Position numbers and translations under genes: made by a program | The notes under the pieces: generated by a model | Databases searched by the model: none | Told to the model about the DNA's origin: nothing | The model's input: only the letters and a program-made list of their open reading frames with translations | Source of the DNA: Tubulanus polymorphus | Taxonomy: Eukaryota > Animalia > Nemertea | Assembly: GCF_964204645.1 (NCBI RefSeq) | Contig: NC_134028.1 | Span: 18,607,653 to 18,671,652 of the forward strand | Direction: 5' to 3' | DNA: 64,000 bases | Shown here: one piece after another, positions 61,132-64,000 of the stretch | Position numbering within the stretch: position 1 is the stretch's first letter | Layout: every line of letters begins with the position of its first letter

Positions 61132-62749
61132 CTATTCATTTTTTATCATATTGACTAATCCAAAAATAATTGCACTTACAACTGTTATTAAAAATAAAAT
61201 GATATGTTCAGCAGCAAAACTAATGATATATCCAGCAGACTTTAAAACAAAGCTAACAATTGATGCTATAACACCAGGTAGAGCTGCAGCAGATTTGTTA
61301 GATAATTCCCATAAATATTTTGCTGATTTTTTTAACCCATCCTTAACTCTATCTTTTATAGAATTATGACTCGGAGGTTCATCCGGTTTATTAGGAGTAG
61401 GTGTAGATTTCAATGAATTTGATATAGCTAAACCTATTGTTGTAAATATCATAGTTACATCTGTTAGAATTGAAAAAATTGTGATACCTTCTAACTTAAA
61501 TAATAATTTTATTCTATCTTTTAATGATATTTCAGAATTTGGTTTTATTAACAAATCTTTAAAAATAACTTTTAATCTATTAATATTATAATCATATAAT
61601 TTTTATAATAAATCTTTTCCTTCTTTCTGTAATTCTAAATTATATTTTAAATCATCAATTTCTTTTTCTAAACCTAATTCTTTTTGTCTATATCAAATTT
61701 CATCAATTACTTGATGATCTAAATCAGACTTTAATTGTTCTAATCCTTTATTTGATTTAATAATTTATCTTCTAAAGTATTAATTTTATGATCTCTAATC
61801 ATTTAATCGTGCGCAATTTTATCAGCTGATTTGTACACTTATAATATCTCTACGTGTTTGTTCAGGACATGTTTCTAAATCTTCATCAGTTAAATCAAGA
61901 AATCCTTTTTTTAATAAAGGTTGCATTTGATTTGTTCCGGTTTCAGTACCAGATATATCTAAAGTACTATTTATCTGTTCTTCTGAATCTCTTAATTTAT
62001 CAATTTGTTTTTCTAATACTACTTGTAATTGACTTGAACCATTACTAATTTGTTGAATATCTCTTCTCGATGTTTCTTGTGTTGAAGATCTTAATCTATC
62101 TATTCTATCTCCAAACTCTTCTTCATTTTCTGGATCCACAAAAGTAAGATTTATATTTGGATTTTTAAATGGTGAATATTTGTTAATATCAATATTCTCA
62201 ATTGGTTCTTCTTCATTTACTCTTTCGATTGCATTCCATATAATTCTGATGAATTCTGAACCAACTTTTGAACGTTCAATCGAAGATATTGCTAACATTC
62301 CAGGATGGTACAGATCTTCTTGCCCCATTTTAGATAATTGTAATTTTACATTTTTACCATGTAAGTCAAGATTATTATACCATTTATCATTTTTCAATTC
62401 TAGATTAGATATGAAAAATGGGTCATCTTTTACAATTTTCAATATAGGATTTTCTGTTTTTCCAATCTATTGATCAAATCTTTTCTTTCTGTTTCTAGTT
62501 TTGATTACATTCCTATCAGGAGCTTTTAAATAATCTATTATTTTCATTTGTTTCATTGTCATCTTTATATTCTTTATAATCACTATATCTACTAAAAGAA
62601 TATCCATCATCATTATTTGGATTAGAATTATATGCTGTTTCATTATCATTATTAAAGCTTGTTTCAGTAAAATCAGGTTGTTGTTCATCAGTTATGCCGG
62701 GTTCATCGAAGGTATCCGTCCCAATATCTTCTCCACCTTCTATATCCAT
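61132..62749 (-). pseudogene. Coiled-coil/TM protein, homolog of 37740-39201
   Basis: Shared MD..GGEDIG start and near-identical C-terminal TM region. Confidence 0.85.
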
Positions 62750-62769
62750 TTATATAATAAGAAAATTAA

Positions 62770-64000
62770 AATTCAAAATATAATATTCCTCCAATTACAG
62801 TTCATATAGAAGTTATAGCTAATTTGGTATTTTCATGTGATTTATTATTATTATTATTACTTTTGATTATTTCATGTTGAATATTATCAGTTTTAATATT
62901 TTCCGATGTATTGTAATCTTTAATTTTAGTATCATTATTTAATTTAATATTCTTAGTTTTAGTTACAGTTGATTGTATATTTTTTTCAATTTTTTCACCT
63001 TCCATTAGTTTTGAAGCAGTGATAATTCTTTTTATTTATACTTTTTAAACCAAATGAGTTATTTATTGCAGTTTTAATCAAATTATTATAACCAATTATA
63101 TTCCCCATCTTTAATATCAAATCATTAGATATAATAAATAAGGACCAATACAATAATTAAATCTTTTATGTGATTCATCTGAATTATTTTGATATCTTTC
63201 AATTAACAATATTTCCTGGAATTGATCTTATTTTATCATTGTATATTGAATATTCAAATAAAACTTTAAATTGTTTTTGAGCATATAATGATGAATCATT
63301 ATTTCCAACTATTGGTGATCTTGTTTCAACTTGAGCACCTAGAATACATATTAAATAAGTTCTAATTGATTGATTTATTCTTTGTATACCTGGTTTGGTA
63401 AATCCTTTACTATTTTCTAGAATAAAATTAACCCAACCATCATTATTTTGTTGTTGTACATGTATATTATTATAATATTTTGGTAATTCATTCCAATTTA
63501 GTGTTCTTTAATCTTCATTTTTTATTATTTTACCAAATTCTTTAGTATATAATATTCCTAATCCACCCATTGTTCCAATTTTTGATCTAAAATCATCATT
63601 TGAATTAATATTAAATTCATAACATATTTTATAAAACATAGAAAAATTAATATTATTATTTAAATCATTAAAATATTTTGAACCTGGTAAAGGACATTCT
63701 AATTCATTTAATATGAATTTTGTTAGAAAATATGTATGAAATCTAAATAGTGATAATATTAATGGTAAACTAGGTTTATTTAAATGATCATTCCAACTTA
63801 TACCCCTTCCTGTTGTTACGCAATATATTACAAAATTTAATTGATTTTGTCAATATTTCATATTAGATTTTAACAACCATTGTTTTGCCTCATTTGAATT
63901 TTTAGAATAAACTGTATATATATTAAAGATATTTTTCCATTTTAACATTAAAACGATGTGTTTTCTGAAACATAAATATCTAAATTAATTAATGAATTAA
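62770..64000 (-). pseudogene. Homolog of 36391-37724
   Basis: MEGEK..K.IQST.TKTKNIKLNND and upstream nucleotide similarity. Confidence 0.85.

Larger units (their letters stand above)
52390..64000. mobile_element. Polinton/Maverick copy 2, decayed and rearranged; continues past the window end
   Basis: Partial terminal sequence (ttttactcactc..ttcaacctttaa), pPolB, integrase, ATPase, MCP and structural genes homologous to copy 1. Confidence 0.92.

Overview
Eukaryotic (animal, probably marine invertebrate) DNA made almost entirely of nested mobile elements; no ordinary host gene is recognisable. In order: (1) 1-5912, minus strand: a spliced, frameshifted Mutator-like (MULE) locus with collinear SGNH hydrolase, Ulp1-like protease, GATA finger and DDE transposase pieces. 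(2) A short ORF resembling the RAG1/Chapaev N-terminal zinc domain, split by a full-length Ty3/Gypsy element (8305-17718, TSD TATC, tRNA-Leu PBS) that has an extra C2H2 zinc-finger ORF. (3) 19246-22965: a Polinton-family fragment with a hairpin terminus, two long internal palindromes and a disrupted gene with Rep_trans-like motifs where pPolB would be expected. (4) An env-carrying LTR element with TAT...ATA ends (23634-47153, TSD CGAG) containing a Polinton/Maverick (24984-~44046), which in turn contains an intact BEL/Pao element (28423-34579, TSD ACTTA). (5) MITE, LTR and gag debris. (6) A second, more decayed and rearranged Polinton (~52390 to the window end) interrupted by a Helentron-type non-autonomous element. 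Main leads: the Rep_trans-like gene linked to Polinton hairpin termini, the T-tract+TAAATG motif before Polinton genes, and the multi-enzyme MULE. All family calls come from motifs read by eye; no database search was run.
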